Below, in pieces: positions 12,987 through 25,076 of a DNA stretch of 64,000 nucleotides (the stretch's first letter is position 1; each line of letters starts with the position of its first letter). Source of the DNA: Negaprion brevirostris (Eukaryota). The notes under the pieces were generated by a model. That model was not told where the DNA came from. It worked only from the letters and a program-made list of their open reading frames with translations, and searched no databases. The stretch spans positions 13,589,736 to 13,653,735 of the forward strand of contig JARDVH010000137.1 of NCBI GenBank assembly GCA_030324005.1, read 5' to 3'. Both the position numbers and the translations under genes were made by a program.

Positions 12987-14319
12987 TTTCATGCACTTTT
13001 TTTGAACTGCAATTTCCACTTCTGGTTGGGAATGGAAAATGCTTAGAGCGAAGGACAAAAACTGCAAACGGTGCTACTATTCAAATATCAGAACAGAAAA
13101 TAAAAGTGCCAATGTGACTGACTATGACTTCTACAATAAAAACTGGTAATCTTGACAATTTTTAAACTTTCCAGTATCAATGCAGATAAAATTTGCTATG
13201 CCTATTACTATTTAATAATGTATTCTTTGTAATCCTGTGCACAAGACCCGAGCGTACTTCAAAATCTTTCCAATATGCATATAAATTGTGAAAAATTTCT
13301 GTTGAGCATCATGAGTAATTCATATATGCTTGGTAACCAGTAATTTCAATGAAGGCAGTGTTCAGCTACTTCAATTTTAAAATATATTATCCGCTCACTT
13401 CATGAATTAATCAAAATATTGCATTGCATTGTTTAATTTTTCTCTGGCACGAGTTTGAACTTGGCACATTGCAAATGGCTTTGCCCTTTTCAGCAAATTT
13501 CCATTCTTTTATGAGCTGATCTTACCAGATGTTGATTCTGTATGCAACTGCTTGCNNNNNNNNNNGAAAATAACTTTGAGGATTAGAGACCCAGAAGAAA
13601 TTAACTGATGGCTCAACACCTTATATATTGAGGGTAAAATAACTTTATGATGGTTTTAGACAGTTAAAGAAAATGCTGCATGAATTACTGTGTATAGTTA
13701 CGCAGGGCCATAACAGTCAAGCATCATGACTCAAGTTGGATCATTAGCCTTGGCATCAGATACATTGATATAGAAAAAACAGTATTCAAGTATAATAGCA
13801 AAGTGTTCACGATATATTCAAGGCACCGGTTTCTAAAAACATAAGAAGGTGCTTTAGAATCAGTGTCACATACAGTTTAGACGAGCACTGCCTTCAGATC
13901 TAAACAAGCAAACTACAGATATTACCATGTGTGGCTGTTTGCCAGACAGTATCGACTTACAGAAAAAAAACCACTTCAGCAGACTATACCTGTCTACAAA
14001 TAAGACACAGATTTCTCTAACACCACATTTACCCAAAAGCAACTAATAAAGAGCTCATTATTCACTACTCCAGCGGGGTTTCAGCTTCAACATTTGACTT
14101 TTTTTAAATAAATGCTTTAGTTGTGAGCTCTTTGCTTCTCCCTATGCCACAACTACAATCAGGAACTTACTTTGGGAGGCTCATATAAGGAAACTTGCAT
14201 TCTAATGGTTTCACTAAGCACTTGTACGTTACCTCAATTTTTCTATTTAAAATTATTGAAAATAACTAATACATTTACTAAAATATGCCTATTCTGAGAA
14301 CAATAGCTAATGATATATT

Positions 14320-14540
14320 CACTGGTTAAATGGATGGCTGGTTTGTGGTGCAGAGTGATGCCAAAGCGTGAGTTTAATTCCCATACCAGCTGAGGTTATT
14401 CACAAAGGCTCGTCTTCTCAATCTTGTCCCTCGCCTGAGGTGCGGTGATCCTCAGGTTAAATCACCACTAGTTAGCTTTTCCCCTCAAAGGGGATAGACA
14501 CTGATGGTCATCTGGGACCATAGCAAATTTACTTTACTCT
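14320..14540 (+). mobile_element. Second tRNA-derived SINE family (related copy at ~55025-55195)
   Basis: tRNA-like head ggatggctggtttgtggtgcagagtgatgccaaagcgtgagtttaattcc, internal hairpin cctgagg...cctcagg, 3' atggtcatctgggacc; shared with the 55 kb copy. Confidence 0.6.
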
Positions 14541-15139
14541 TTGTTCAACTATACAACATCTAGTACAGCTAATTTAATCCCTGGGTGTTGAGGTGTTACC
14601 ATTCTGCTTATAGTATGGGCAATATAGGCAGAATGTGGCAACATTGCACATGGGCAACGGTCAACAAAATACACAATGGCCTATCACTGCTCTGGGTGAA
14701 GAATATCACTTAAGAATATCCCTCCTTTGAGGGATTCACTTAACCACTCTCTTACTTGGAAAAAAACTTCCTCGTTATTCTTATATTTTTGCTAGTTTAC
14801 TTTCAATCTATTTTTTCTCTCTTTACAAATTTGTAGATATAGATTTTTGGCAGCTGTAACAAGTGAAGGAGAACTGGAGAAGAATTTATTTTATTTTTGC
14901 AGACTTATTGTTAGCATTGTTTGGTGAGCAATTTTAAGACCTAACCTGGAAAAGTTTGAGACTGATGACATAACCTATGGAGATATATATGTCACTTAAA
15001 GTGATGACGGTAGATAGGCATTGACAAACATTCAAGGAGCACAAGGGTGACCTCCAACAATTGTTTATTCATACCTGTTGCCAAAACTAAAATTGGAATG
15101 GTGGCCAAACAGAAATTAGAGATAGTATTAGCTCTAAGA

Positions 15140-15310
15140 TATGGGTTAGGTGGATTGGCCGTGCTGAATTGCCCCTTAGTGTCAGGGGGACTAGCTAGGG
15201 TAAATGCATCGGGTTACAGGGTTAGGGCCTGGGTGAGATTGTGGTTGGTGCAGACTTGAAGGGCCGAATAGCCTCCTTCTGCTCTGTAGGGATTCTGAGA
15301 GACTTCTATG
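15140..15310 (+). mobile_element. HE1-like SINE 3' half (tail A)
   Basis: gggttaggtggattggcc...gggccgaatagcctccttctgctctgtagggattct. Confidence 0.8.
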
Positions 15311-15537
15311 AGAAACCAATAACAATTATTTTATCCTTATATGTAGAGTCAGGCTCCAGTTCAAATCTACCGATTTGCTTTATTTATTCTGAAGATTGGG
15401 GATAGCTAAAGAGATGCGAACTGTTTACTGACAATGGACCCATTAGCACAAGAAAAAATTAATGGTTGGAGATATAAAATTTTAATTATGTCCAGCTAAC
15501 TAAATTTAACTCAAATGGCCCAGCAAATGGGACATAG

Positions 15538-15866
15538 TGAATCAAAATCCCTATAGTGCAGAAGATGGCCATTCGGTCCGTCACGTCTGCACCGACTCTT
15601 CAACACAGCATAGTACCCAGACACTATCTCTGTAACCCCAAGTATTCACCCTACTAATCCCCCTAACTTACACTTCTTGGGACACTAAGGGGCAATTTAA
15701 CATGGTCAATCAACCTAACCTGCACATCTTTGGACTGTGGGAGAAAATCGGAATACCCGGGAGACACCCATGCAGATATGGGGAAAATGTGCAAACTCCA
15801 CACAGATAGTCACTCAAGGCCAGGTCCTTGCTGCTGCCGCCAGGCACTTGTGCTAACCACTGTGCT
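15538..15866 (-). mobile_element. HE1-like V-SINE, tail A
   Basis: Reverse complement of the consensus; it is inverted relative to the copy ~230 bp upstream. Confidence 0.85.
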
Positions 15867-15934
15867 GCAGAAACTAGAAAGGTTGCACAGAATCTGAATA
15901 AACAAAATAAAGGACATTAGAGAATAACGGACAC

Positions 15935-16265
15935 CTTTTTTATTCATTCATGGAATGAGAGATTCAGTGGCAAAGCCAGCATTTATTCCCCTTTAGAAAT
16001 CACTACTGAGCCACTGCTGCAGTCCATCTGGTGTTGGAACACCCATAGTGCTGGTAAGAGAATTTTAGAATTTTGACCCCATGACAGTGAAAGAACTACA
16101 ATATACTTCCAGTCACAATGGTTTGTGACTTTGACGGAAGCTTGCAGAGCATGGTGCCTTCTTGCTTGTTCTTATAGGTGGTAGAGATTTGGAAGGTGTG
16201 GTTAAAGAAGAGTTGGCAAGTTACTGCAGTGCATCTTGTACTGCCATAATTGCTGCTATGGTGCA
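15935..16265 (-). mobile_element. CR1-type LINE 3' fragment (second tail family)
   Basis: ttattcattcatgg...gccagcatttattcc...gagccactgctgcagtccat; matches the fragments at ~62160-62280 (+) and ~63825-63915 (-). Confidence 0.55.
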
Positions 16266-16830
16266 CTGGTAACGGGTGAGATCTCAATCAAGCTGAAAGA
16301 TCAGAAATCATTACAAAAACTGCAAATGGTTGCAACCAATCAAGTGTATCGGAGTGAACACATTCAGCAAAAATCTATTTGCAGGGAGTGGAGACTCTGT
16401 TTGATCCCACGCATGAGGAATGGTTGCTGCCAAGGTTCAGTGGGCCCTTGTCTAGAAGGTTGTTGTCTATTCTCTGACTTACTAGTAAATAATTTAATGT
16501 TGGTGTTACCCTTTGTATATTTGAAAAGTTTGATGAAATGCTCTTTTACAAAGTCTATTTATTCTTCACCATCTAACCACATCTATTGTTCTTTTCAATT
16601 CAACAATACATAAGCACTAAACAAGCCCACTTTTCTCTCTAATCAAATAAATGCCAATACAATAAATCTCAGTCAGAAATTTCCAACATTTCATTTAATT
16701 AAAATAATTAATTGCTTTGAAAAATTATGTCTTCTAGTTTAAGAATCTATACTGAACTCGATGACCTTACCTTTTGCCACCATTTTAATGGAGATGAATT
16801 GAGTGAGAATATTATGCACCAAGTTGCTCA

Positions 16831-17022
16831 CAGTGATGTTGAGCCCAGGTTCATTAAGCTTCTTCCCTGGGGAGCTTGCTGTTGATCAGTAAAAGCTTTT
16901 TAGTTTAAGTATGAATCATCAATTGATTATTTAAAAGGTCTTCCTTTGTCTATGTCTTCTGGGCCACACTCAGAACCCAGGTGGACCGCACGTGGCCCTG
17001 GGCCACAGATCTCCCATCACTG
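16831..17022. mobile_element. Possible hAT (Charlie-like) MITE remnant
   Basis: Terminal cagtgatg / catcactg and a subterminal ggaccgcacgtggccctgggccacag; no matching TSD is visible. Confidence 0.3.
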
Positions 17023-17289
17023 TCTTAAAGACCAAGTCATTAAATATATTCAAGCCTGAGATAGTCAGACTTGAAGATCAGCCATAATCTTGGTGAATGA
17101 TAGGGCAGGCTCAAGGAGGTATATGACCTACCCCTGCTCCTATTTCCGATATTCATTTGTGTAATAGTAACTGATATAATTTCCCCCCCCCCATTTTCTA
17201 TCTCATTCCTGATTCCCACGCCACAACTCAGGACCAAGTACCCCTGCTTGGAAACCAGTTAAACATAAATGGATTACAATTAGTCAAAT

Positions 17290-18330
17290 TCTTGGTTCAA
17301 TTGCTTCAACCACTGCTACACAAATATCAAAAATGCCTGCCGTTCTATCGTCCACCCACACTTTGGTAAATCAGACCACAAGGTCCTGCTCCCGGCTTAC
17401 AAGCAAAAAGTCAAATGGGAGAATCCTTCAAAGAAAGTCATGCAATGTTGGTCTAAGGAATCAGATGACCCCCTGTGAAACTGCTTAGAGTCAGTAGACT
17501 AGTCAGCACTTAAAAGCTCAGTGACCAGCCTGCATGACTATGCCACTAAGCCAGTACTAACTGACTTCATTAGTAAGTGTGTAGAAGACCATGTTTCCCA
17601 CAGGGAAACCATGGATGCAGAGGGATATCCACTGCCTGCTGAAGTCCAGGTCTGAGGCGTTCAAGTCAAATGACCCTGACTTATACAAGAAAGCCAGATA
17701 TGATCTACTGAGATCCAACAAGTATGTCAAAAGACAGTACCAGACCAAGCTAGGAACTCAGGCTAACTGTACAGACTCCTACCAACTGTGACAAGGCCTG
17801 TAAGGCATAACAGACCACAAGATGAAGGCATGTCTGCTAAGACTCTCACCAACTTTTATAGATGCACCATAGAAAGCATCTCTTCTGATTGTATCTCGGC
17901 TTGATACGGCTCCTGCTTTGACTAAGACCGCAATAAACTACAAATGGTTGTCAACAAAGTCTAATCCATCACTCAAACCAGTCTTCCATCCATTGACTAT
18001 CTACACTTCCCACTGCCTCGGAAAAGCAGCCAGCATAATCAAGGGTCTCATGTACCCCGGACGTACTCTCTTCCACCTTTTTCCGTTGGAAAAAAGGTAC
18101 AAACATCCAAGGACATGTACTAACCAACAGAAAAACAGCTTCTTCCCTGCTGCCTTCAGACAATTGAATGGACCTACCTCGCATTAAGTTGATCTTTCTC
18201 TATATCCTAGCTTTGACTGTAACATTACTCTGTCCTTTCCTTGCCTATGTATGGTATGCTTTGTCTGTATAGCGTGCAAGAAACAATACTTTTCATTGTA
18301 TACAAAAACATGACAATAATAACTCAAATC
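17290..18330 (+). mobile_element. Rex1/Babar-type LINE, internally deleted and degenerate
   Basis: FPTGKPWM...LLKSRSEAFKS.D..LYKKARYDL...KRQY is joined directly to LTNFYRCTIES...; the C-terminus reads KNSFFPAAFRQLN. Confidence 0.7.
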
Positions 18331-19884
18331 CTTTAAAATTGATGTGAATTCCTTTGACCAATGTTGCCAGGAGATTTAATCACTACATAAGAACCACAGT
18401 TGAAACATGCTGAAATCTTGGCATTACGAATTGGCTAACTGATCCAATTCCTTACTTTGAAGTTTCACTGGGCAAAGTTTGAACAACTGATCCTAGCTCT
18501 GGTAGGCCACCAGCCAATTTCTCAGAAGCTTTAGTTTGGTTTTCTCTTAAACTTTAGCTCAGATGTTGAAGCTGCAGCAACACTGGTGGATATTTGTGAA
18601 CAGCACTTCCTACAAGATAGTTCACTGGACAAACATGACTCCAAGTGGCTTACAATAAATGGTCATAAAATTAACAAAGGAAACAACCTTGTTACAACTT
18701 GTCTCAGGTATCTCATATTAGTAATTTCCCAAATTCTTGTGGAAGGCTTAATGAATCAGGATGTTGTAATTAGGATTGTGTTGGGAGAAAACCACATAGT
18801 TTTAAACTAAACACTAAGTGAACAGTCTCCCATAAATCAGAGAAATAATGTTCAAATTACTGTAAATAATTCCAACCATCAACAATAGGCTGCTCAACTG
18901 TTGCCGGGCATGGAGTTACTCAATCCACTGTTAAGGGCCACTTAAATGGTTGAAGGTCAGAATGGTTGCATATCGACCTTAGTCATTTCATAGCATATCA
19001 ACCCTGATTGATAAAATGAAATTAAATGTACCCATGTTGAGAAACATTAACATTTTAGCTTTCTCATAGATGCATCCCAGATTTCTCATAGACGCATGAC
19101 AGCTTAAGTTACAATCCTTTACTAGTGTCATTAAAATGGGCTACAATATAATTGGAATGCTACTCATGTATGGAGATGTTACATTTTCCATTTTGCTCTG
19201 ATGCACAATCAATTTTTAGTTCAGGAATAAAGCTCCACAAGTGGATGCACACCTCCCCTGATTTGGACAGGGAACGGGAGAAATATGGAGAAATAAAAGT
19301 GAGTAAGATTGATTGAGATTCATTTCAGTCAGTGTGAACCACAATATGACGACAGCAAAATAACTCAGTAGTTACCAAGCTACAGAAGCCTACTAACATC
19401 TCCACAGGTTATAAGAAGTTGACAAGTCTTCCCAGAGGCACCCACAGTCCAAATCAAAAAGTGTAGTTTACTTATAGGTAGCCAACTGTTACAGTCACCA
19501 TACATATTAGTTTTAAACTTCAAATCATATTTAAATATACAGAAATTTACACAGTGAGACCAATCATAAGAGAATCACAATTAAAATCTATGCCCAGTAT
19601 TGGATACCCACTCTTACAGGAAATAGATTTATTTTAGCCCATAATATATGCCCCAATTTCCAACAGGAAACATCACTAAGGTGTAGTAACTGAATAAAAT
19701 TGTACTCTTCCTAAATTCAAAAGGAAAGGACATGGTTGCACAAAGATTGCACAATATGGAATGGGGGGGGGGGGGGGAGGAATCTGATTTCAAATAGTTC
19801 AGATTGGGTGCAAAACTATGTCACAAATTGTGGTAGGTGCCATGGATTTATGGGGTCTGTGGGTGTAATAATGATTGATAATAT

Positions 19885-20341
19885 GGGCATCATCACAGTG
19901 GCACAGTGGTTAGCACCACTGCCACAGCACCAGGGACTTAGGTTTGATTTCCAGCTTGGGTTCACTGTCTGTGTGGAGTTTGCATGTTCNNNNNNNNNNN
20001 NNNNNNNNNNNNNNNNNNNNNNNNNNNNNNNNNNNNNNNNNNNNNNNNNNNNNNNNNNNNNNNNNNNNNNNNNNNNNNNNNNNNNNNNNATTTCCAGCTT
20101 GGGTTCACTGTCTGTGTGGAGTTTGCATGTTCTCTCCATGTCTGCGTGTCTCCCCCGTTTCCTCCGGGGGCTCCAGTTTTGTCCCACAGTCTGAAAGATG
20201 TGCCAGTTGGCTATTCTAAATTGCTCCGATGTGTCTGAGGGACCAGCTTGGGTAAATGTATGGGGATAGGGCCTGGGTGGGATTGTGGGCAGTGCAGACT
20301 TGATGGGCCGAATGGCCTCCTCTGCACTGTTTCTACGATGA
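19885..20341 (+). mobile_element. HE1-like V-SINE, tail A (contains an N gap)
   Basis: Head and core lie before the gap; core and CR1-type tail lie after it. Confidence 0.8.
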
Positions 20342-20718
20342 TCAGATGTTCGTGCCTTCATAGACCACCTCATATTCCTTTGATCATTAACCTGATCTGT
20401 CAACTGGAGTGACACAGGAGTTGGGCCAGACCATAGATAAGATTTTTTACAGCTGGACTTCCTGATAGAAGCAGTCCTTGTTCTTCATGGGCACAGCACT
20501 GGTTCCGGGAGGGAGAGGGCGGAGGGGGTCCAGCGCCCTGGTAATGCCGACCGGTCTCCACCATGGCATGGAACCCTCGCCCGGCGGAAAACACCAGGGA
20601 ATCCTGAGAGCCATTCCGGAGCTGGTAACACTTACCGAGCCAAGCGTCGCCACCGTTCCAGGATTCTCGCTCTCACATTACAGCCAGGGGGTGGAGAGCT
20701 GCCACACCACTCACTCAC

Positions 20719-20820
20719 CTGTGAACTTCCGCTGGGAGACAGCCACCCCGCCCCCTTCATTCCCACATCGCTGCCAGGAGAGGAGGGGATGGGGGGAACA
20801 AATGGCGCAGACTCAACCAC
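20719..20820 (-). other. CANT1: Putative non-coding first exon of CANT1 (5' limit unknown)
   Basis: Consensus minus-strand donor CAG|GTGAGT at 20719/20718; an alternative donor G|GTAAGT at 20636/20635; lies inside the CpG island. The first coding exon has an acceptor and so needs an upstream exon. Confidence 0.55.
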
Positions 20821-20832
20821 ACCGCTACAAAC

Positions 20833-21068
20833 ACGCATGCGCTGGTCTGGAGACAGGTTCCATCAGCGACAGCCGGAATGGTTCAACTAGTGCGCATGTG
20901 TCGGTCGGGCCAGGTTCAATCAGAGCGCAGGCGTCAGCCAGAATGGTTCGACTGGTGCGCACGCGTCGGCCGGGGTCGGTTCCATCAATGCAACGGTTGG
21001 CATGGTTCGAACAGGGCGCAGGCGTTAGCCGGCTTGCTTCCAATAGTGCGCATGCGCTCGCCCGGCAG
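20833..21068. repeat. Degenerate ~32-33 bp tandem array carrying NRF1-like sites
   Basis: GGTTC/GCTTC anchors at 20856, 20880, 20913, 20945, 20978, 21004 and 21036; most units contain GCGCA(T/G/C)G(C/T)G. Confidence 0.8.
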
Positions 21069-21324
21069 GTGCAATTAGCATGTTTGTCAAGTCAACTGCT
21101 GTGCATGCCCTGTCCCGGCTTCATTCCTCTGCGCAAGCGCATTGTGTTCACCATCGATGAAGGCCACGTCTGTTTAGAGAGTTGTTGTTGAAGGGAAAAC
21201 CGCCACTTCAGGCAATCATCTGGTACATTTTCCCCCTTTAAATCGGAAGGTTAGATTGTGCGAGGCCTGGGTTTGCCCAGCGGGGTGGAAGAGCGTCGAT
21301 TTGCCTCCGTGGGTCGCCGGCGAC

Positions 21325-21639
21325 ATGGCCGTGCCTGCCAGGAACCTGCGGATCAGCGACATCCAGGACCCCAGCGCCCTCTTTGAGCGCTATGGCACCG
21401 AGGAGATCCGGCAGGTGGAGCGGAGGGTCCGCGCCGAGATCGAGCAGAAGAAGGAGGAGCTGCGCCAGATGGTAGGGGAGAGGTACCGTGACCTGATCGA
21501 GGCGGCCGACACCATCACCGACATGAGGCTGTGCTCCGAGAAGGTGGTCAGCTCGGTGCGGGATATGTACGAGTACTGCAGCCGAATCAAACCGTCCGCC
21601 GCCGGCAGAGTGGCTCCTCTCAGTGTCAAGCGCAGCCAG
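21325..21639 (+). CDS. COG1: COG1 exon 1 (conserved oligomeric Golgi complex subunit 1; Vps51-like N-terminus)
   Basis: gacATGG Kozak context; MAVPARNLRISDIQDPSALFERYGTEEIR...EIEQKKEELRQMVGERYRDLIEAADTI; donor CAG|gtgtgt; 315 nt. Confidence 0.95.
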
Positions 21640-21744
21640 GTGTGTGCCTGCTAGCCAGTCCCTGTTTGCACAGCAACCGGGGCGGCGGGCGGGGCCCCCT
21701 CATCACAGGGGAAACCTTCACTAGCGAAAGCGAGGAAGAGCTAT

Positions 21745-21845
21745 TATACTGTGCTATTGTTGCAGCTTATTTACTATTGTGCTGTTCCTTGTTGCAGCTT
21801 ATTTACTATTCTTATACATGCCATTCCTTGTTGCAGCTTATTTTT
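21745..21845. repeat. Short tandem repeat, 3 copies of ttgttgcagcttattt
   Basis: Seen directly at ~21758, ~21789 and ~21828. Confidence 0.75.
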
Positions 21846-21917
21846 CTTCTTAGTTTTGACCGGGTAGATGCTGACGGCCTTTTTTCCCCGGCATGAGAAT
21901 CTAGAACTAGGCAGCTA

Positions 21918-22012
21918 GAAGCAAAACACTGCGAATGCTAGAATTCTGGAATATAAACAGAAAAAGAGTCGACGTGCTCACAGAATTTGGCAGCATCCGT
22001 GACCTTTCATTT
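21918..22012 (-). mobile_element. Penelope-like terminal repeat fragment
   Basis: aagcaaaacactgcgaatgctagaattctgg...aaacagaaaa...ggcagcatcc..tgacctttcat; similar to 59550-59700. Confidence 0.45.
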
Positions 22013-22116
22013 GGTTTAGGGAACACAGTCTTTGGATAAGGGTCAATTGTTATTCTCTGGAACACTCAATGCAAAGAGCTGTGGATTCTCAGTTGTGTTT
22101 TTCGATGTTTGGGGAA

Positions 22117-22300
22117 AAGTTAAAGTTTATTTACTAGTCACAAGTAAGGCTTACATTAACACTGCAATGAAGTTACTATTGAAATTCCCCTGGTTGCCAC
22201 ACTCTGGCGCCTGTTTGAGTCAATGCACCTAACCAGCATGTCTTTCAGACTGGAAGGAAACCAGAGCATCTGGAGGAAACTCAGGAGAATGTGCAAACTT
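22117..22300 (-). mobile_element. V-SINE tail type B, partial
   Basis: aaagtttatttactagtcacaagtaaggcttacattaacactgcaatgaagttac. Confidence 0.8.
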
Positions 22301-23089
22301 TAAAATTGAAGAATGTTGGAAAAGTGGAGATGAGACAAAAGATCGAACATAATTTTATTGAAGGATGTACCAAGCTCAAAGGGCTCTCTGGCTTACTCCA
22401 GCTCCTCATTTCTTGTTTTCTTTCCACTTGCCATTCCATTTCTCTCTTCGTTCTGGTGCAATTTTGACTCATGTCTAAAGCATATAGGCTATTACATTTT
22501 TTTGTATTCATCAATTTTCAGCTAAAATGTTTTCAGTGTTTTATTATGACATTAGCAAACACCTATCTCAACCAGCATTTACAAATTGTATTAATACTGT
22601 ACTTAGCATTGTTATGTTCTCTGTTATGTTCTCACGCTATTTAACTGACCAAAAGAACAGTATATTAGTTGTACAGTCAGGGGAGGTAACCTGATTAATG
22701 TATGGCCGAAGAGATTAGCTTTTGGGATATTTTTAAAAGAAGAACAAGGCATACTAATGTGAGTGGAGTTGAGGAAGAGGATTTTTATTTATACTATAAA
22801 GAATGCTGTGGATGTTAGATGTTTGGGAGTTAATGTGGGTTTGGATGCAGGCACCAGTGTTTTAGGCAAGTTTGTGTTTTATGTAGAGCGACTCTCAAAA
22901 TATTGGCAAAGTTGACCTGACTGACCATAATGTTAATTTCAGGTGGTAATTTAGGCAGATATAGATATTTGAAGTGGCAAAAGGCATCTTGTTAACAATA
23001 CATGAAATTGGATTTATAAAGCAACTTTTAACGTAGAAAAACCCAACCAGTGTAACTATTTTAAAAAATTGTACCAGATAAGGAAATAT

Positions 23090-23732
23090 CCAGACGATAC
23101 GAAGGTTGGTGGTGCTGTGAATGGTCTGGAGGTATGCCAGAAGTTGCAGTGGGACGTAGATAGGATGCAAGATTGGGCGGAGAAGTGGCAGATGGACTTC
23201 AACGCGGATAAATGTGTAGTGGTCCATTTTGGCAGGACCAATGGGATGAANNNNNNNNNNNNNNNNNNNNNNNNNNNNNNNNNNNNNNNNNNNNNNNNNN
23301 NNNNNNNNNNNNNNNNNNNNNNNNNNNNNNNNNNNNNNNNNNNNNNNNNNATAGGTTGAGGGAGCTAGGTCTTTTCTCCCTGGAGAGACGAAGGATGAGA
23401 GGCGACCTGATAGAGGTTTATAAGATGTTGAGAGGAATAAATAGGGTGGATTCTCAGAGGCTATTTCCCAGGGCTGAAATAGTCGCTATGAGAGGACACA
23501 GATTTAAGGTACAGGGAAGCAAGTACAGAGGAGATGTTAGGGGTAAGTTTTTCACTGAGGGTGGTGAGCGAATGGAATCGGCTGCCGTCGGTGGTGGAGG
23601 TGAACTCACTGGGGTCTTTTTTAAAAGACTTCTGGATGAGTATATGGGATCTAATGGGATTGGGGGTTATAGACAGGTCTATGGCTTAATAGGTATAGAA
23701 GTGATTGGTGCAACTAGTGGGCCGAAGGGCCA
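23090..23732 (+). mobile_element. CR1 LINE RT and C-terminal fragment (spans an N gap)
   Basis: DDTKVGGAV...LQWDVDRMQDWAEKWQMDFNADKCVVVHFG and RLRELGLFSLERRRMRGDLIEVYKML...RGHRFK. Confidence 0.9.
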
Positions 23733-24831
23733 GTTTGTGCTAGAAGTGAATAATTGCTTTGACCAAACTTATGAAAGGAATTCCAGAATGTTGCTTTGAT
23801 GGTGGAAGGCATAGGAAAGGGAGAGATGTACAAGGAGTTGGCATCAAAAAATTTCTGAAAGACTGCTGCAGGGCTGGACAATGTTAGAGTTCAAAAGAGA
23901 GGATGTGGAGGGGTTTAAATGCAAGTTTAAATTTTTTTTGTAGGTTGACAGGAAAGGGAATGGGCAGCATTGTTTGAGATGGGCTTAAGTTAATGACGAA
24001 TAGGAAGAATATAAATCGACCAAGATGCTTTGGAACAGTTGAGTCTGGAACTAACAGGTGCATAGATAAAGGTTTTGAAATTGGATGGAGTGAGCTTGGA
24101 ACAGAAGTAGTTGGTGTCATGAAGGTGATGTATGTAGTCTTTATGGTAAAGATTATATGGGATTGAAAGCTCACTGATGGGGTGGGATGCTTGTTGTTGA
24201 AGATTGAGAATGGCAGTGAATCAAATTGCAAAGGAGAAGAACCTGGTGGACAACTGTCATTAGGGAGTCATCTTTCACTGCCATTGTATATAGTTTGATG
24301 TTTTAGGTTATTAATGCATACGTAGAGTTCAGAAATAAACTCCAAAGGAAGGGTGGATTTAGGATTGAAGCTGCATACTTAATGGGAGGAACTGAAAAGG
24401 CATTGGTTTTGCTGTTTAATTGGAGAACATTCTGGACTATTTATGACTTAATGTGGGAGAAAAAGGCAGCAAATAATAGTGGTGGTATCCGGAAACAGAA
24501 TCCATCAACATGTGTAGAGTTTCGAGGGACAGCACATTGTCTGAGTTAGGGGAGGGGAAGCCAGCAAAGGCACCTTGGGCCATGGGAAGTAATCAGACTC
24601 CAATGAAAAACAAGTGCAGGATGTGTCCCGATGACGAGACAGGTCAGAGTAAAACTGAGCAAAAGTAAAAACAGCCTGTGATACACAACAGATTAGTCAG
24701 TGTCTCTGAAGGGAAAAGGCAGGGTGTAAGTATAACCTCAGCAGACTTGATCTTTAAACAATGTTACTGAGTTATCAGCAACAGTAATGTAAATGGAGAC
24801 AGTGATTTTTTTTTTTGTTTTTCTACTTCAG

Positions 24832-25076
24832 GCTCAGCAACAATCCCAGGAGAAATTCTACAGTATGGCAGCACAGATCAAACTCCTTCTGAATATGCCA
24901 GAGAAAATTTGGAGTGCCTTAGAATCATCACAATATCTCCATGCTACTCAGTTGTATCTGCTGTGCTGTCACATTCATAGTATTCTCCAGTTGGACTCAT
25001 CGGGTTCCTATTACAGCCCAGTCCTGGCCCGCTTTCCCATCCTTGTTCGACAGGTAGCAGCGGCAAGTCATTTCAG
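24832..25076 (+). CDS. COG1: COG1 exon 2 (245 nt)
   Basis: ttctacttcag|AQQQSQEKFYSMAAQIKLLLNMPEKIWS...ARFPILVRQVAAASHF AG|gttagt. Confidence 0.96.

Larger units (their letters stand above)
20450..21720. promoter_or_regulatory. CpG island / probable bidirectional promoter of CANT1 and COG1
   Basis: The only long GC- and CpG-rich segment in an AT-rich window; contains an ETS-like acttccg (~20725), a YY1-like aaatggcg (20801), several NRF1-like gcgcatgcgc sites, and COG1 exon 1. Confidence 0.85.

Noticed and set aside
19948-20132. Exact ~42-bp duplication on both sides of a 100-N gap
   Set aside because: Probably an overlap of unmerged contig ends, i.e. an assembly artefact.
20833-21068. CRISPR-like look of the ~33-bp periodic array
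   Set aside because: The units are degenerate copies of each other with no unique spacers, there are no cas genes, and the context is a vertebrate CpG island.
20478-21191. 237-aa plus-strand ORF and overlapping ORFs in the CpG island
   Set aside because: Stop-poor GC-rich promoter DNA, a non-ATG start, and no recognisable domain.
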